Origin: Candidatus Woesebacteria bacterium UBA5941
Lineage (GTDB): Bacteria > Patescibacteriota > Microgenomatia > UBA8517
Reading direction: 5' to 3'
Length of the DNA stretch: 64,000 nt
NCBI GenBank assembly: GCA_002430735.1
Contig: DJCV01000011.1
Span: forward strand, 19,612-83,611
Part shown: positions 37,039-46,120 of the stretch, piece after piece
Layout: every line of letters starts with the position of its first letter
Position numbering within the stretch: the first letter of the stretch is position 1
Made by a program: the position numbers and the translations under genes
Notes under the pieces: generated by a model
Told to the model about the DNA's origin: nothing
What the model saw: only the letters and a program-made list of their open reading frames with translations
The model's database searches: none

Positions 37039-38199
37039 ATGGACAAGCCATTAGCAGAACTATTGAGACCAGAATTGCTTTCTCAGTACATTGGGCAGGA
37101 ACAGTTAACGGGCTCTGGAAAAATTATCCCAAAGCTTATAGAAGGTGCACAAAGAAATGGCTTCTTTCCTTCAATTATTCTCTGGGGTCCCCCTGGCGTT
37201 GGAAAAACCACACTTGCACGAATCATTGCGTATGAAATTAAAAAGCCATTTCATGAATTTAGTGCAGTGAGCGCTTCAGCTAAGGAAATTCAGAAAGCAT
37301 TAGCTGCACATTTAGGAGAAACACCCGTTGTTTTTATTGACGAAATTCATCGATTTAATAAAGCGCAGCAAGACAAACTCCTCCCTTTTGTTGAAAAAGG
37401 CGAAATGATTTTCATTGGTGCAACAACCGAAAACCCTTCCTTTGAAGTAATACGCCCGCTTCTTTCACGGAGTCGGGTGCTTGTCTTGCAAGAACTAACA
37501 AATGAGAACTTATTGGAAGTTTTAAAAAGAGGGCTTTCCCATATCAAAAAAACGATTTCAAAAGAGGCACAGGACTTTTTGCTGGATAGCGCAAACGGAG
37601 ATGCTCGCACACTTCTAAACGTCTTGGAAATTGCAGGACACATGGCTGAGAAGAAGGAATTGGTTCTAGCAGATATTGAGCAGGCATTGCAGAGAAGATC
37701 AATTGGATTTGATAAGCAAGGTGATGAGCATTACAACATTATTTCAGCATTTATCAAAAGTATGAGAGCAAGCCAGACGGATGCAGCTCTCTACTATCTC
37801 GCGCGAATGGTTGAGGCAGGACAAGACCCGTTATATATTGCAAGGCGTATGGTGATCTTTGCATCTGAAGATATCGGTATGGCACAACCAACAGCTCTGG
37901 TTGTCGCAAATGAGGTGTTTCGCTCATGCGAGGTGATCGGTTACCCGGAATGTGCAATTAATCTCGCACATGGCGTCGTCTATTTGTCTGTAGCGAAAAA
38001 GGATCGACGGGTATACGATGGATTACGCGCGGCTCAAGCGGATGTACAAAGTTTTGGGAATTTGCCAATTCCTTTAAAAGTAAGAAACGCTCCAACAAAA
38101 CTCATGAAAGACTTAGATTATGGAAAGTCGTATGAAATGTATGACACTGAAAGTTATCTCCCAGACAAGATAAAAACCAAGAAATACTTCAAAAAATAA
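37039..38199 (+). CDS. rarA: replication-associated recombination protein A (RarA/MgsA AAA+ ATPase)
   Basis: LWGPPGVGKTTLARIIA, Walker B VFIDEIHRFNK, and the MgsA C-terminal domain. Confidence 0.9.
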   Translation: MDKPLAELLRPELLSQYIGQEQLTGSGKIIPKLIEGAQRNGFFPSIILWGPPGVGKTTLARIIAYEIKKPFHEFSAVSASAKEIQKALAAHLGETPVVFIDEIHRFNKAQQDKLLPFVEKGEMIFIGATTENPSFEVIRPLLSRSRVLVLQELTNENLLEVLKRGLSHIKKTISKEAQDFLLDSANGDARTLLNVLEIAGHMAEKKELVLADIEQALQRRSIGFDKQGDEHYNIISAFIKSMRASQTDAALYYLARMVEAGQDPLYIARRMVIFASEDIGMAQPTALVVANEVFRSCEVIGYPECAINLAHGVVYLSVAKKDRRVYDGLRAAQADVQSFGNLPIPLKVRNAPTKLMKDLDYGKSYEMYDTESYLPDKIKTKKYFKK

Positions 38200-38206
38200 T
38201 TATTGG

Positions 38207-38235
38207 TTGCAATCATTATTTTTGAACGGTAAAAT
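38207..38235 (+). promoter_or_regulatory. sigma70-like promoter TTGCAA-17-TAAAAT driving the GC-rich orphan gene
   Basis: ttgcaa at 38207-38212, a 17-nt spacer, and taaaat at 38230-38235. Downstream are a leader hairpin cctga...tcagg and the SD aggagg at 38282-38287. Confidence 0.45.
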
Positions 38236-38292
38236 TCTCCCATCCTGATGCGGTCATCGTAGTCAGGCAAAGTTCCTTTACAGGAGGTTTCT

Positions 38293-38640
38293 ATGTTACT
38301 GCGTGAAGCAATTCAGCCGGAAGTGTTGGTGCAAAAGCTGGTAGTTGCAAGCAAGAGCCAACCGCAGCCAGGGCCGACGGAAGGTGACGTTGTCGTCCGA
38401 GCCGGAAATATAACAGTCGAAGCTGGTAACGCTATTCGATTCTGTTTCATGACCCCTGTGACTGTAGTGTCAGGGCAGTTGCCGGCGAAAATTCCAAACG
38501 ACGTGGAATTCGCTGAAAACGTGAAGTGGAATGGCCAGCTCTACGACGCTCAAGAGCTGGACATCGGCATTCACTATAACGGCACGACCAAGATCACCAG
38601 CATCAGCCCGGCCAAGAAGCGCGAAGCAGTCCCGGCTTAA
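38293..38640 (+). CDS. compositionally foreign orphan protein (115 aa), hypothetical
   Basis: The ORF has a strong SD (aggagg 5 nt upstream). Its GC is about 57% against a window background of about 42%. Codon usage is ctg/ccg/gcc/ggc-rich and unlike neighbouring genes. It is flanked by its own promoter and terminator. Confidence 0.6.
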   Translation: MLLREAIQPEVLVQKLVVASKSQPQPGPTEGDVVVRAGNITVEAGNAIRFCFMTPVTVVSGQLPAKIPNDVEFAENVKWNGQLYDAQELDIGIHYNGTTKITSISPAKKREAVPA

Positions 38641-38657
38641 CATCCTCCTCATCGTGG

Positions 38658-38694
38658 GGTGGTCATCAAATTATTGATGGCCACCATTTTTTTT
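38658..38694 (+). terminator. rho-independent terminator
   Basis: 12-bp stem ggtggtcatcaa / ttgatggccacc with a 4-nt loop, followed by 8 T. Confidence 0.7.
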
Positions 38695-38696
38695 GC

Positions 38697-39410
38697 TTAA
38701 GAAAGAAGCATGAGAGTGGCCATGCCCACCATCGAAAGATCTTCAAATAGTGCGACTTTAGACATAGGGAGTTTAAAAAACCCTCCCAAACATGCACATT
38801 CTATTTGTCGTTTCCCCATCAATGCTTTGATAACACCAATACTTCCAATTCCCATCACAACGATTGTCACAACACTCAAAAGATCCATCGAGTAGCGAAG
38901 GAGAAATCCTATGCCTAGGAACAGTTCTATAAACGGATATATGGTTCCGTATCCTGGAATCCATTGCGCAAGCAGATCGTACTTTTTAAACGCAGCTGGG
39001 AAATTTTTAATATTGGCAATTTTAAATGCTGAAAAAATAATAAAGAATGCTCCCATGAAGTCTGCCATTAACTCTTCACTCATCCACATACTATTCACTG
39101 CTGCTCGAATTATCATAAAGAGAATAACAACTCCATAAATAAGAAGTACTGGCGTATAAACGCTGTAATCGTGACCATGCGCGACTTGTACGACTGGACT
39201 GGTCACCAAAGTATAATGAGTCCCCTTCTCATGCAGCACGTTATTTAACATATCCATCGCAAGTGGTTTTTTTGAAGTCACCACTACTTCGTTTTTTTGA
39301 TAGGATGCACGAACCTTTATCACACCAGGGACTTTTTCAAAGGCGTCTTCAATGGTTAATGCACAGTTTGCACAATGCATTCCTTGGACGTAGTATTTTT
39401 GGGTTATCAT
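38697..39410 (-). CDS. heavy-metal-associated (HMA) domain fused to a 4-5 TM membrane domain
   Basis: N-terminal GMHCANCA metal-binding motif with a ferredoxin-like HMA fold. The C-terminal polytopic domain carries a CACLGG motif. Confidence 0.65.
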   Translation of the reverse strand: MITQKYYVQGMHCANCALTIEDAFEKVPGVIKVRASYQKNEVVVTSKKPLAMDMLNNVLHEKGTHYTLVTSPVVQVAHGHDYSVYTPVLLIYGVVILFMIIRAAVNSMWMSEELMADFMGAFFIIFSAFKIANIKNFPAAFKKYDLLAQWIPGYGTIYPFIELFLGIGFLLRYSMDLLSVVTIVVMGIGSIGVIKALMGKRQIECACLGGFFKLPMSKVALFEDLSMVGMATLMLLS

Positions 39411-39428
39411 AGGTACAATGACACTGTT

Positions 39429-40415
39429 ATGTTACCATTTTCGTCAATATCAGTAGCATTCATAACAGGACTGACGAGCGGCGGATTTTCATGCGCTGCA
39501 ATTCAAGGTGGATTACTTTCTTCTTCACTCTCTAAAATACCTCAAAAAGGATTAGGACTTGCCGCCTTTTTAGGATCGAAACTTATTGCGTACGTTGTAC
39601 TCGGAGCTATCCTCGGTGCGCTCGGTGGAACACTTCAAATTAGTTTACAAACACAAGCATTCCTTCAAATTGGTGCAGGTCTTTATATGCTCGCGAGTGC
39701 CGCTAATTTACTGGAGCTCCATCCTATTTTTCGATACACAGTAATTACACCACCACGATTTATATATCGCTTTATTAAATCGACTACCAAAACAGAATCC
39801 GTATTCACACCAGCACTCCTCGGCGCGTTTACCGTATTTCTCCCTTGTGGAGTAACACAGGGAATGATGATTTTAGCGCTCTCTTCAGGAAGTGCATTAA
39901 GTGGGGCTGGAATACTTGGCGCGTTCATTATTGGGACAATGCCTCAATTTATTGCGCTCGGAATCGCTTTTGGAACAATGATGTCAAACACGATCTTCAA
40001 AACTGCAGCATCGCTCGCTGTTGTATACGTCGGGCTTGTTGCGATTAACACGGGGCAAATATTGAGAGGCTCACCTCATACATTTCAAAATTATGTATAC
40101 GTTATCCGACAATCCGAACCCACCGGCCAATTGGCAGAAGTTCTCAACGGGGTACAGGAGGTAAAAGCTGAAGTCTCAACGCACGGATATAAAATGTCAT
40201 CAAATGTCTTAAAAGCAGGAGTTCCAGTACAACTCAGGCTTGTATCAGAAAAAGCCGAAGGATGCGCACGAGCGTTTTCAATCCCTTCACTTGGCATTTC
40301 AATGCTTCTCCCTGAAACCGGCGAGAAGACCATTACATTTACCCCATCTAAAAAAGGTCTTCTCACATACTCATGTAACATGGGTATGTATACCGGATCA
40401 TTCCAGGTTATTTAG
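39429..40415 (+). CDS. polytopic membrane protein with conserved Cys motifs and a C-terminal cupredoxin-like domain; putative metal transport or redox protein
   Basis: GLTSGGFSCAAIQGG and VFLPCGVTQG lie in TM helices. The C-terminal soluble domain ends ...YSCNMGMYTGSFQVI, a Cys/Met metal-binding pattern. Start may be 39375. Confidence 0.5.
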   Translation: MLPFSSISVAFITGLTSGGFSCAAIQGGLLSSSLSKIPQKGLGLAAFLGSKLIAYVVLGAILGALGGTLQISLQTQAFLQIGAGLYMLASAANLLELHPIFRYTVITPPRFIYRFIKSTTKTESVFTPALLGAFTVFLPCGVTQGMMILALSSGSALSGAGILGAFIIGTMPQFIALGIAFGTMMSNTIFKTAASLAVVYVGLVAINTGQILRGSPHTFQNYVYVIRQSEPTGQLAEVLNGVQEVKAEVSTHGYKMSSNVLKAGVPVQLRLVSEKAEGCARAFSIPSLGISMLLPETGEKTITFTPSKKGLLTYSCNMGMYTGSFQVI

Positions 40416-40630
40416 TTTCCGCTTCCTTGGTCCGTTGAAACGTTCACATCTATCTTGTCAGGAACAGTAATTTGAGTTTGATTTGGTGTCGTTGCACGTC
40501 TCAACACTGGCAGCCCAAAATAGATTGCAAAAACGATAAGAGCAATAAACACGCCGAGATACACAAGCGGCATTAAACTATTTGATTGATCGTTTGTTGG
40601 AGCTGGGTTATTAACAATAGTAGCCATCAA
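40412..40630 (-). CDS. small single-pass membrane protein
   Basis: 72 aa with TM helix LMPLVYLGVFIALIVFAIYFGL. Confidence 0.35.
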   Translation of the reverse strand: MMATIVNNPAPTNDQSNSLMPLVYLGVFIALIVFAIYFGLPVLRRATTPNQTQITVPDKIDVNVSTDQGSGN

Positions 40631-40730
40631 TCACCTCCTTAATATAACTAGTATGGATTACTCTTGTATGAACTCCGTTGAATAATAATGTGAAGTGTGT
40701 AAGAAATCCTCAAAGAATTCTCCGTTGTTC

Positions 40731-42371
40731 TTAAGGTTGGTATGTAATGATTAATTTTGGAGCGTTAGCTGGAGACCCATCGTATGAGGCAGAGAACTTT
40801 CTTCCCCATGCACCTCCAGTGCCTTTCATGATCACAGACAAGCTATTTCCTGAATTCCAATCGCTGCGGTTCACAACTTCTTGAATAACTGGCGCCATTT
40901 GATTCAATGTGTACCAAGTGTTTGCTGTCCAAGAAACATTTGAAGAATGTGCTACTTTTGCTGTAGTTAATGTTCGGGTTGAGAGTTTGGCCGTTGAACT
41001 AAATACAGCACTGTTTCCAACTTTCTCAGCTGCAATGCTCATGGCCATTGACTGCCATGCAGTTTGACTCGCGAGTACTTGTACTTGAGCTGACAAAATA
41101 GTTGCGTTTCGTGGAATATTAACCCCCGTAAATCGATATCCAGTGTAGCTTGATGTAGTGCTACTTCCATTCCCAGTCCACAAAGTAGGCGCTGTCAAGT
41201 TCATACTCGTTCCATCTTGATTTGCATCGTTGGCTGATGAGGCAACTTGCAAGGTCACGGTTGTTTGCACTGGAGTTGGTGTTGGAGTAGGCGTTGGGGT
41301 TGGGGTGGGTGTAGGCGTAGGTGTGGCTGTAGATGTTGGAGTCGCCGTTCCTGTTGGTGTTGGAGTAGGTGTCTCAGTCGGGGTTGCAGTAGGTGTAGGT
41401 GTTGGAGTAGGTGTAGCTACACTAATTCCAGCGTTCACGAGAATTTCGCTATCTGTAAATAGTGGAATTGAAAGTCCAAGTGCCACGTTAATTCTCTCAA
41501 TTACAGCGTTTGCAAATAAGCCTTCTATTACAGTCCCTCCGTGAATATTGTCAGCCAATGTGACGTGATGAGGCTCGTCACCGTTTGAAAGTAAAGTGAT
41601 TGCTTCTCCTCCAACAATAAGATTACCAAATGCATCGACTCGACTTAGCGTTGCAGTCGCAAATGCCTGTTGGTCAAAAATAACAACTCGAGGCCTGGTC
41701 GTTGCAAGAGAGAGAATACCATTATTTGTCTCATTGACAGCATCGGTAACTTTCTGTCGCTTTACTGGATCAGGAAACTGAGATTGCCAATACAAACTCT
41801 GACCAGGATCTGCGATGGTTCCTAATACTACTTTTGTGGTTGTATCTGCAGCGAGCACCGTATCTAGAGCTGTGGTGACATTTGAAAGGTACGTATTTAT
41901 TTTATTAGTCAGGGCCTGTCCCGCTATAGTACCGTTATAAATATCTGCACCATCACGGTAATACGCAAAGTCATTATTTCCAATTTGGAAATATACAACG
42001 TCGATTAAACCTGATTGGATTTGATTTGCAATCCCTGTGTGTTGTCCTGCGATCACAACATCATCTGCTTCTGCTCCACTTCGTGCCCAATTATATTCAA
42101 ACCCACTTCGACGAGGTTCTGGCCGTGTTCCCCAACTTCCGAGATTAAATCCTCGATATTCTTCTAATAATTCAGTCCATGCAAGTGTTGTTGCGGCATA
42201 CGGAGTGTTTGCTGCTCGGTTATCATTTGATCGATATTCGTCAGAACTACTATCACTCATGACCGCAAGTCGAACAGTAACGGTTTGCGCATCGGAAGTT
42301 ATTGGAGAGGCGAGAAGGAAGACGGTTATCGCAACCAGGCTTATACCAAAGATGTGGAACAGGTACTTCAT
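40731..42371 (-). CDS. secreted SGNH/GDSL-type hydrolase with (TP)n linker and C-terminal beta-rich (binding-like) domain
   Basis: Signal peptide present. GDSL block II QIGNNDF. Long TPTPTP linker. C-terminal roughly 200-aa domain. Confidence 0.6.
   Translation of the reverse strand: MKYLFHIFGISLVAITVFLLASPITSDAQTVTVRLAVMSDSSSDEYRSNDNRAANTPYAATTLAWTELLEEYRGFNLGSWGTRPEPRRSGFEYNWARSGAEADDVVIAGQHTGIANQIQSGLIDVVYFQIGNNDFAYYRDGADIYNGTIAGQALTNKINTYLSNVTTALDTVLAADTTTKVVLGTIADPGQSLYWQSQFPDPVKRQKVTDAVNETNNGILSLATTRPRVVIFDQQAFATATLSRVDAFGNLIVGGEAITLLSNGDEPHHVTLADNIHGGTVIEGLFANAVIERINVALGLSIPLFTDSEILVNAGISVATPTPTPTPTATPTETPTPTPTGTATPTSTATPTPTPTPTPTPTPTPTPVQTTVTLQVASSANDANQDGTSMNLTAPTLWTGNGSSTTSSYTGYRFTGVNIPRNATILSAQVQVLASQTAWQSMAMSIAAEKVGNSAVFSSTAKLSTRTLTTAKVAHSSNVSWTANTWYTLNQMAPVIQEVVNRSDWNSGNSLSVIMKGTGGAWGRKFSASYDGSPANAPKLIITYQP
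41262..41420. repeat. (ACN-CCN)n low-complexity coding repeat encoding a Thr-Pro linker
   Basis: Runs of gttgg/ggtgt/aggcgt units that translate on the minus strand to TPTPTP... Confidence 0.7.
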
Positions 42372-42464
42372 TTAATCAAACTTAGTTAGCGTAGCTCTGA
42401 TATTTTTATTTGTCAAGCAATTTACAGGAGCCACACAGACGTTTCTCGCGAAAAATCACTGATT

Positions 42465-43760
42465 TTAGGATTTCTCAGACACTTTCTCTATTTTCTCCTT
42501 GCCCATCCACTTTTGAAGCACCGCAGGGATCAGAATTGAGCCATCTTTCTGCTGATAATTTTCGATAATGGCAATCACCGTTCGTCCGATAGCAAAAACA
42601 GTTGCGTCGTTCATATGCACAAATTGGTTTTCATTGGAGGTACGTCTCACCCGGGTGTTCAATCGTCGACTTTGGTAATCAGTATTGTAGTCACTCGTAT
42701 GAGTTTCTCTGTATTTGCCTTGAGATGGGATCCATGTTTCTATGTCAAACTGCCGATAATCAGGTCCGCCCATATCGCCGGTACAAATTGAAACTACTTG
42801 ATAGGGAAGTTCAAGCTGTTTCATCAAATACTCTTGTATTGCGACTATAAAGCGTTGCTCATCCTCACCCTGTTCAGGAAGAGTAAAGCTTTCAATTTCA
42901 ATTTTATTAAACTGATGAACACGTAAAATGCCTCTGGTATCTTTTCCATAAGAACCCGCTTCCCGTCTAAAGCTTGTCGAATAACCAACATATCGAATTG
43001 GAAATAATTTTTCAGCTAGTACCTCATCCAAATGAAGTGGACCAAGCGTATGTTCTGCGCTCCCTACTAAGTAAGCGTCATCGCTCTCAATGTAGTATCG
43101 CTCCTCAGTAGGACGCATTCGAGACATGCGGTCAAAAATCTCAGGTTTAATCATGACAGGTGGAACAACGGGAATAAATGCTTTTGTGCTTATTGTAAGT
43201 TCATTCTCATCAGCAATTTTTTGCAGTATCTCGCTATTGGTTAAAACAGACATCGCAAATTGAAGTAACGCAAATTCAAGTAATGCACCATCACCTTTTA
43301 GGTAATTAAAACGAGCTCCACTCACTTTTGCTGCAGTTTCAACATCGATAATACCCAATGATTCTCCTAACGCAATATGATCCTTTGGGTAGAAATCAAA
43401 CTTAGCAGGCTTACCCCATGTTCTCACTACCACGTTTTCATTTTCATCCTTGCCTACTTTTACATCACTCGCAGCCAAGTTAGGAATAGCCCACAATGCC
43501 TCTTTCCATTCTTGCTCAACTTTTGTCAGTTCAGGTTCCTTAAGAGACAATTCTTCTTTCACCTTCTTACCCAAATCAATATCTTTGTTTTTTGCCGCTT
43601 CGTTTTTTTGCTTGCGTAACACCTCCACATCCTGAAGTACTGCTTTCCAGCGTGCATCGACCTCTAAAAAGGTATCAACTAAAGAAGACTCTTTTTGTTT
43701 GGCTGTAATTCCTGCTTTTACGAGATCGCTATTATCACGGATAAATTGAGGATCTAACAT
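42465..43760 (-). CDS. serS: seryl-tRNA synthetase
   Basis: N-terminal coiled-coil arm and class II motifs (FRREAGSYGKDTRGILRVHQF). Confidence 0.92.
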   Translation of the reverse strand: MLDPQFIRDNSDLVKAGITAKQKESSLVDTFLEVDARWKAVLQDVEVLRKQKNEAAKNKDIDLGKKVKEELSLKEPELTKVEQEWKEALWAIPNLAASDVKVGKDENENVVVRTWGKPAKFDFYPKDHIALGESLGIIDVETAAKVSGARFNYLKGDGALLEFALLQFAMSVLTNSEILQKIADENELTISTKAFIPVVPPVMIKPEIFDRMSRMRPTEERYYIESDDAYLVGSAEHTLGPLHLDEVLAEKLFPIRYVGYSTSFRREAGSYGKDTRGILRVHQFNKIEIESFTLPEQGEDEQRFIVAIQEYLMKQLELPYQVVSICTGDMGGPDYRQFDIETWIPSQGKYRETHTSDYNTDYQSRRLNTRVRRTSNENQFVHMNDATVFAIGRTVIAIIENYQQKDGSILIPAVLQKWMGKEKIEKVSEKS

Positions 43761-43772
43761 GAGCCGAGTATA

Positions 43773-44345
43773 TTACAATCCAAGCTCCGGGGCAATTTGC
43801 TGCATAGCAGTTAATGCGATTTCAATAAACTCGCGGAGCTCAATTCCGAGTTTTTCTTCACACATTTCTATTTGTTTGCGATCAACACCACCAGCAAAAC
43901 TCTTTTGTTTCCACTTTGAGAGCACGGACTCAACTGAGACTGAGGAGAGCTTTTTGTCAGGTTTTACTAGAGCCACTGCAACAATTAATCCTGTTAATTC
44001 ATCACAACAATACAGAGCCCATTCAATTTGATTTTTTGGCTCAGGATTTCCGGGAACGTATCCCCAACCATGAGCAAGAATCGCATCGTGAATATCGGCT
44101 TCAATCGAAAATTCCTTCAACCAATCCAAAACCATGTGCGTATGCTGACCGGGATCGTTTTTTGTAATTTCGTAATCAGCATCGTGTAACATTCCTGCGA
44201 TCTCCCATTGTTCTTTTTGATCTGCATGGCCAAGTCGAACTGAGAGTGCACCCATTACAATAGAGACAGCATAACAATGCCGACGCAGATTGACGGATTG
44301 CATTTTTGAATGAAGAAACTCACGGGAACTATCAAGCGTTAGCAT
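43773..44345 (-). CDS. HD-domain phosphohydrolase
   Basis: H...HD motif (RHCYAVSIVMG...GMLHDADYE). Confidence 0.7.
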   Translation of the reverse strand: MLTLDSSREFLHSKMQSVNLRRHCYAVSIVMGALSVRLGHADQKEQWEIAGMLHDADYEITKNDPGQHTHMVLDWLKEFSIEADIHDAILAHGWGYVPGNPEPKNQIEWALYCCDELTGLIVAVALVKPDKKLSSVSVESVLSKWKQKSFAGGVDRKQIEMCEEKLGIELREFIEIALTAMQQIAPELGL

Positions 44346-44378
44346 GAACTGAGTATAACACGAGGGGAAGCAGGGGTT

Positions 44379-44840
44379 TTATGAGATATCAAGGACAGTG
44401 TATGTCACTTTTCCAGCAGGTGCTTCTACTTCAACAACTTCACCGACCTTTTTGTCGATTAATGCTTGTCCTAAAGGAGACTCGTGTGAGATTTTCTTGT
44501 TAATAGGATCTGCTTCCCATTCTCCAACGATTTTATAATCACTTTTCTTCCCATTTACTTCAACTGTAACGGTTGTACCCAAAGAAACACTTGAAGTGCT
44601 TTTTGGAGCATCAGAGACAATTACTGCATTCTCCACAACGATCTTCAGTTCTTCAATTCGTCCATCAAGGAATTCAAGTTCGTCTCGAGCACTGGTGTAA
44701 TCAGAGTTCTCAGAAAGATCTCCTTCTCCACGAGCACGCTCAAGCCGGGCCACGAGTTGTGGTCGCTTAACGTTTACGAGTTCCTCATATTCAGATTTCA
44801 ACTGATCAAAACCTGACTGAGTTAATTGAATTTGTTTCAT
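44379..44840 (-). CDS. greA: transcription elongation factor GreA
   Basis: MKQIQLTQSGFDQLKSEYEEL...GDLSENSDY matches the GreA N-terminal coiled coil and acidic tip. The C-terminal FKBP-like domain is present. Start is set at the internal Met. Confidence 0.85.
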   Translation of the reverse strand: MKQIQLTQSGFDQLKSEYEELVNVKRPQLVARLERARGEGDLSENSDYTSARDELEFLDGRIEELKIVVENAVIVSDAPKSTSSVSLGTTVTVEVNGKKSDYKIVGEWEADPINKKISHESPLGQALIDKKVGEVVEVEAPAGKVTYTVLDIS

Positions 44841-45203
44841 TGGTTCGTCCATATGTATTGTGTAATTTCTCTTCAATGTTAGCTCAAACAAACCCTCCCA
44901 AGATTGTTTATATCGTGGTGAAAACTTATCTGAAGTTTATTTGACTTCTATCAAAAAAATGTTTGTTCGATAAGCTTTCATAAGCGGGGAACTTGAACTA
45001 ACAGATGGTAGTATATGGTTTAACACACCTATTGTCAAGCTCTTTCATTAATAAAAGCTGCTCAAACAGCCGTGATTAACACTCACACACTCTATCGAAT
45101 CTCGACCATAAATACAAGATAAAGATCTGTCAATTCACGGTAACCTTTCGACTGTAGTTCCCGGTGTGATCTCAACATCGAACTCATTTTCGAGGGCATA
45201 ATT

Positions 45204-45494
45204 ATGCTGTTGTTCAGTTGCAAACAAATCATTTTACAAAAAAATAATAAGGTTAACTGGGGAGAAACAACGCAGTATGGAAATCATGCGTTTGCTGAAG
45301 ACTTTACCAAAGAGCATACCGTGAAATTAGAAGGATTAACTCCAGGTATTGCGTATAAATTTGAAGTGATGAGTCAGAATAGAAATTATGTATATGATTC
45401 ATTTCACGAATTTATTACAAAACCTGAGCAACACTTTATGTTTGATATAATTGCAGCATGTCTGAAATTAGTAAGTGTCATACTTACTGAATAA
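45204..45494 (+). CDS. short ORF resembling a fibronectin-III-like fragment (possible gene remnant)
   Basis: TTQYGNHAFAEDFTKEHTVKLEGLTPGIAYKFEV resembles the N-terminal FN3 domain of metallophosphatases. There is no signal peptide, and the product is only 96 aa. Confidence 0.3.
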   Translation: MLLFSCKQIILQKNNKVNWGETTQYGNHAFAEDFTKEHTVKLEGLTPGIAYKFEVMSQNRNYVYDSFHEFITKPEQHFMFDIIAACLKLVSVILTE

Positions 45495-45504
45495 GTAAAC
45501 GTAT

Positions 45505-46080
45505 ATGGATACGGAAATACCAGAAATAACGCACCACCTTCCTACACCCCAAGAGAAATTAGAAAAAACTGCACAACGCTTAGCAAACGCAGATTTAAAG
45601 CAGGAAGTTATCAATGACGCACTGGTGATTGCAAAAGACCCTTTAACCGTACCAGTTACTGAAATTGACCAGATAGTTAGTTTTGTTCGTTCAATTGAAG
45701 ACGAGGACTTAAGAGGGAAATGCTCAGAAAGAACTGCAGAGTCTGTGTTTGCTGGGCTTGCCCACTACGGATGGGAGAGACAAGATTCGGATGACAACTC
45801 TGGGATTATCCCCACCGGACTCCATATTATTTCAGGGAAGGAGTTACCAAACGGTAAGCTGTTGGCTTTTGACACTATCGCCCGTGGGATTATTTTTCAA
45901 GAAGATGACAAACCAAGTCAGAAGCCACTTGCGCAAACAATCGTATTCATGGGAAATTCCGAAGATGAAATGAAAAGCACCCTCTATGCATTCTACGGTG
46001 GCAACTTTGCAAAAGAAGAAATTGAAGACACACCAGCCGAACGGTTTGTAGCACAAAGGAAGCCCTCAAAGATGATCTAG
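45505..46080 (+). CDS. hypothetical acidic protein
   Basis: 191-aa ORF, coupled with neighbouring plus-strand genes. Confidence 0.45.
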   Translation: MDTEIPEITHHLPTPQEKLEKTAQRLANADLKQEVINDALVIAKDPLTVPVTEIDQIVSFVRSIEDEDLRGKCSERTAESVFAGLAHYGWERQDSDDNSGIIPTGLHIISGKELPNGKLLAFDTIARGIIFQEDDKPSQKPLAQTIVFMGNSEDEMKSTLYAFYGGNFAKEEIEDTPAERFVAQRKPSKMI

Positions 46081-46120
46081 TAGCTCGTCTAGAAGTGTAT
46101 TTCTTGTTATCATTTAACAT

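Noticed and set aside
39375-39428. Longer start for the permease gene, overlapping the divergent HMA gene start
   Set aside because: Start codons of divergent genes rarely overlap by 36 nt. The internal Met at 39429 gives a cleaner layout, though it lacks a strong SD, so the alternative is noted in the feature evidence.
44892-45203. 312-nt intergenic region as a structured ncRNA (RNase P RNA, tmRNA, 6S, SRP)
   Set aside because: It is AT-rich with no long GC helices. It lacks the conserved motifs GGAAAGTCCGG of RNase P and the GGGG...tRNA-like ends of tmRNA. It is more likely a promoter and regulatory spacer for greA and the plus-strand block.
45204-45494. FN3-like ORF as a functional secreted phosphatase gene
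   Set aside because: It is only 96 aa, with no signal peptide and no catalytic domain. It was kept only as a low-confidence remnant.
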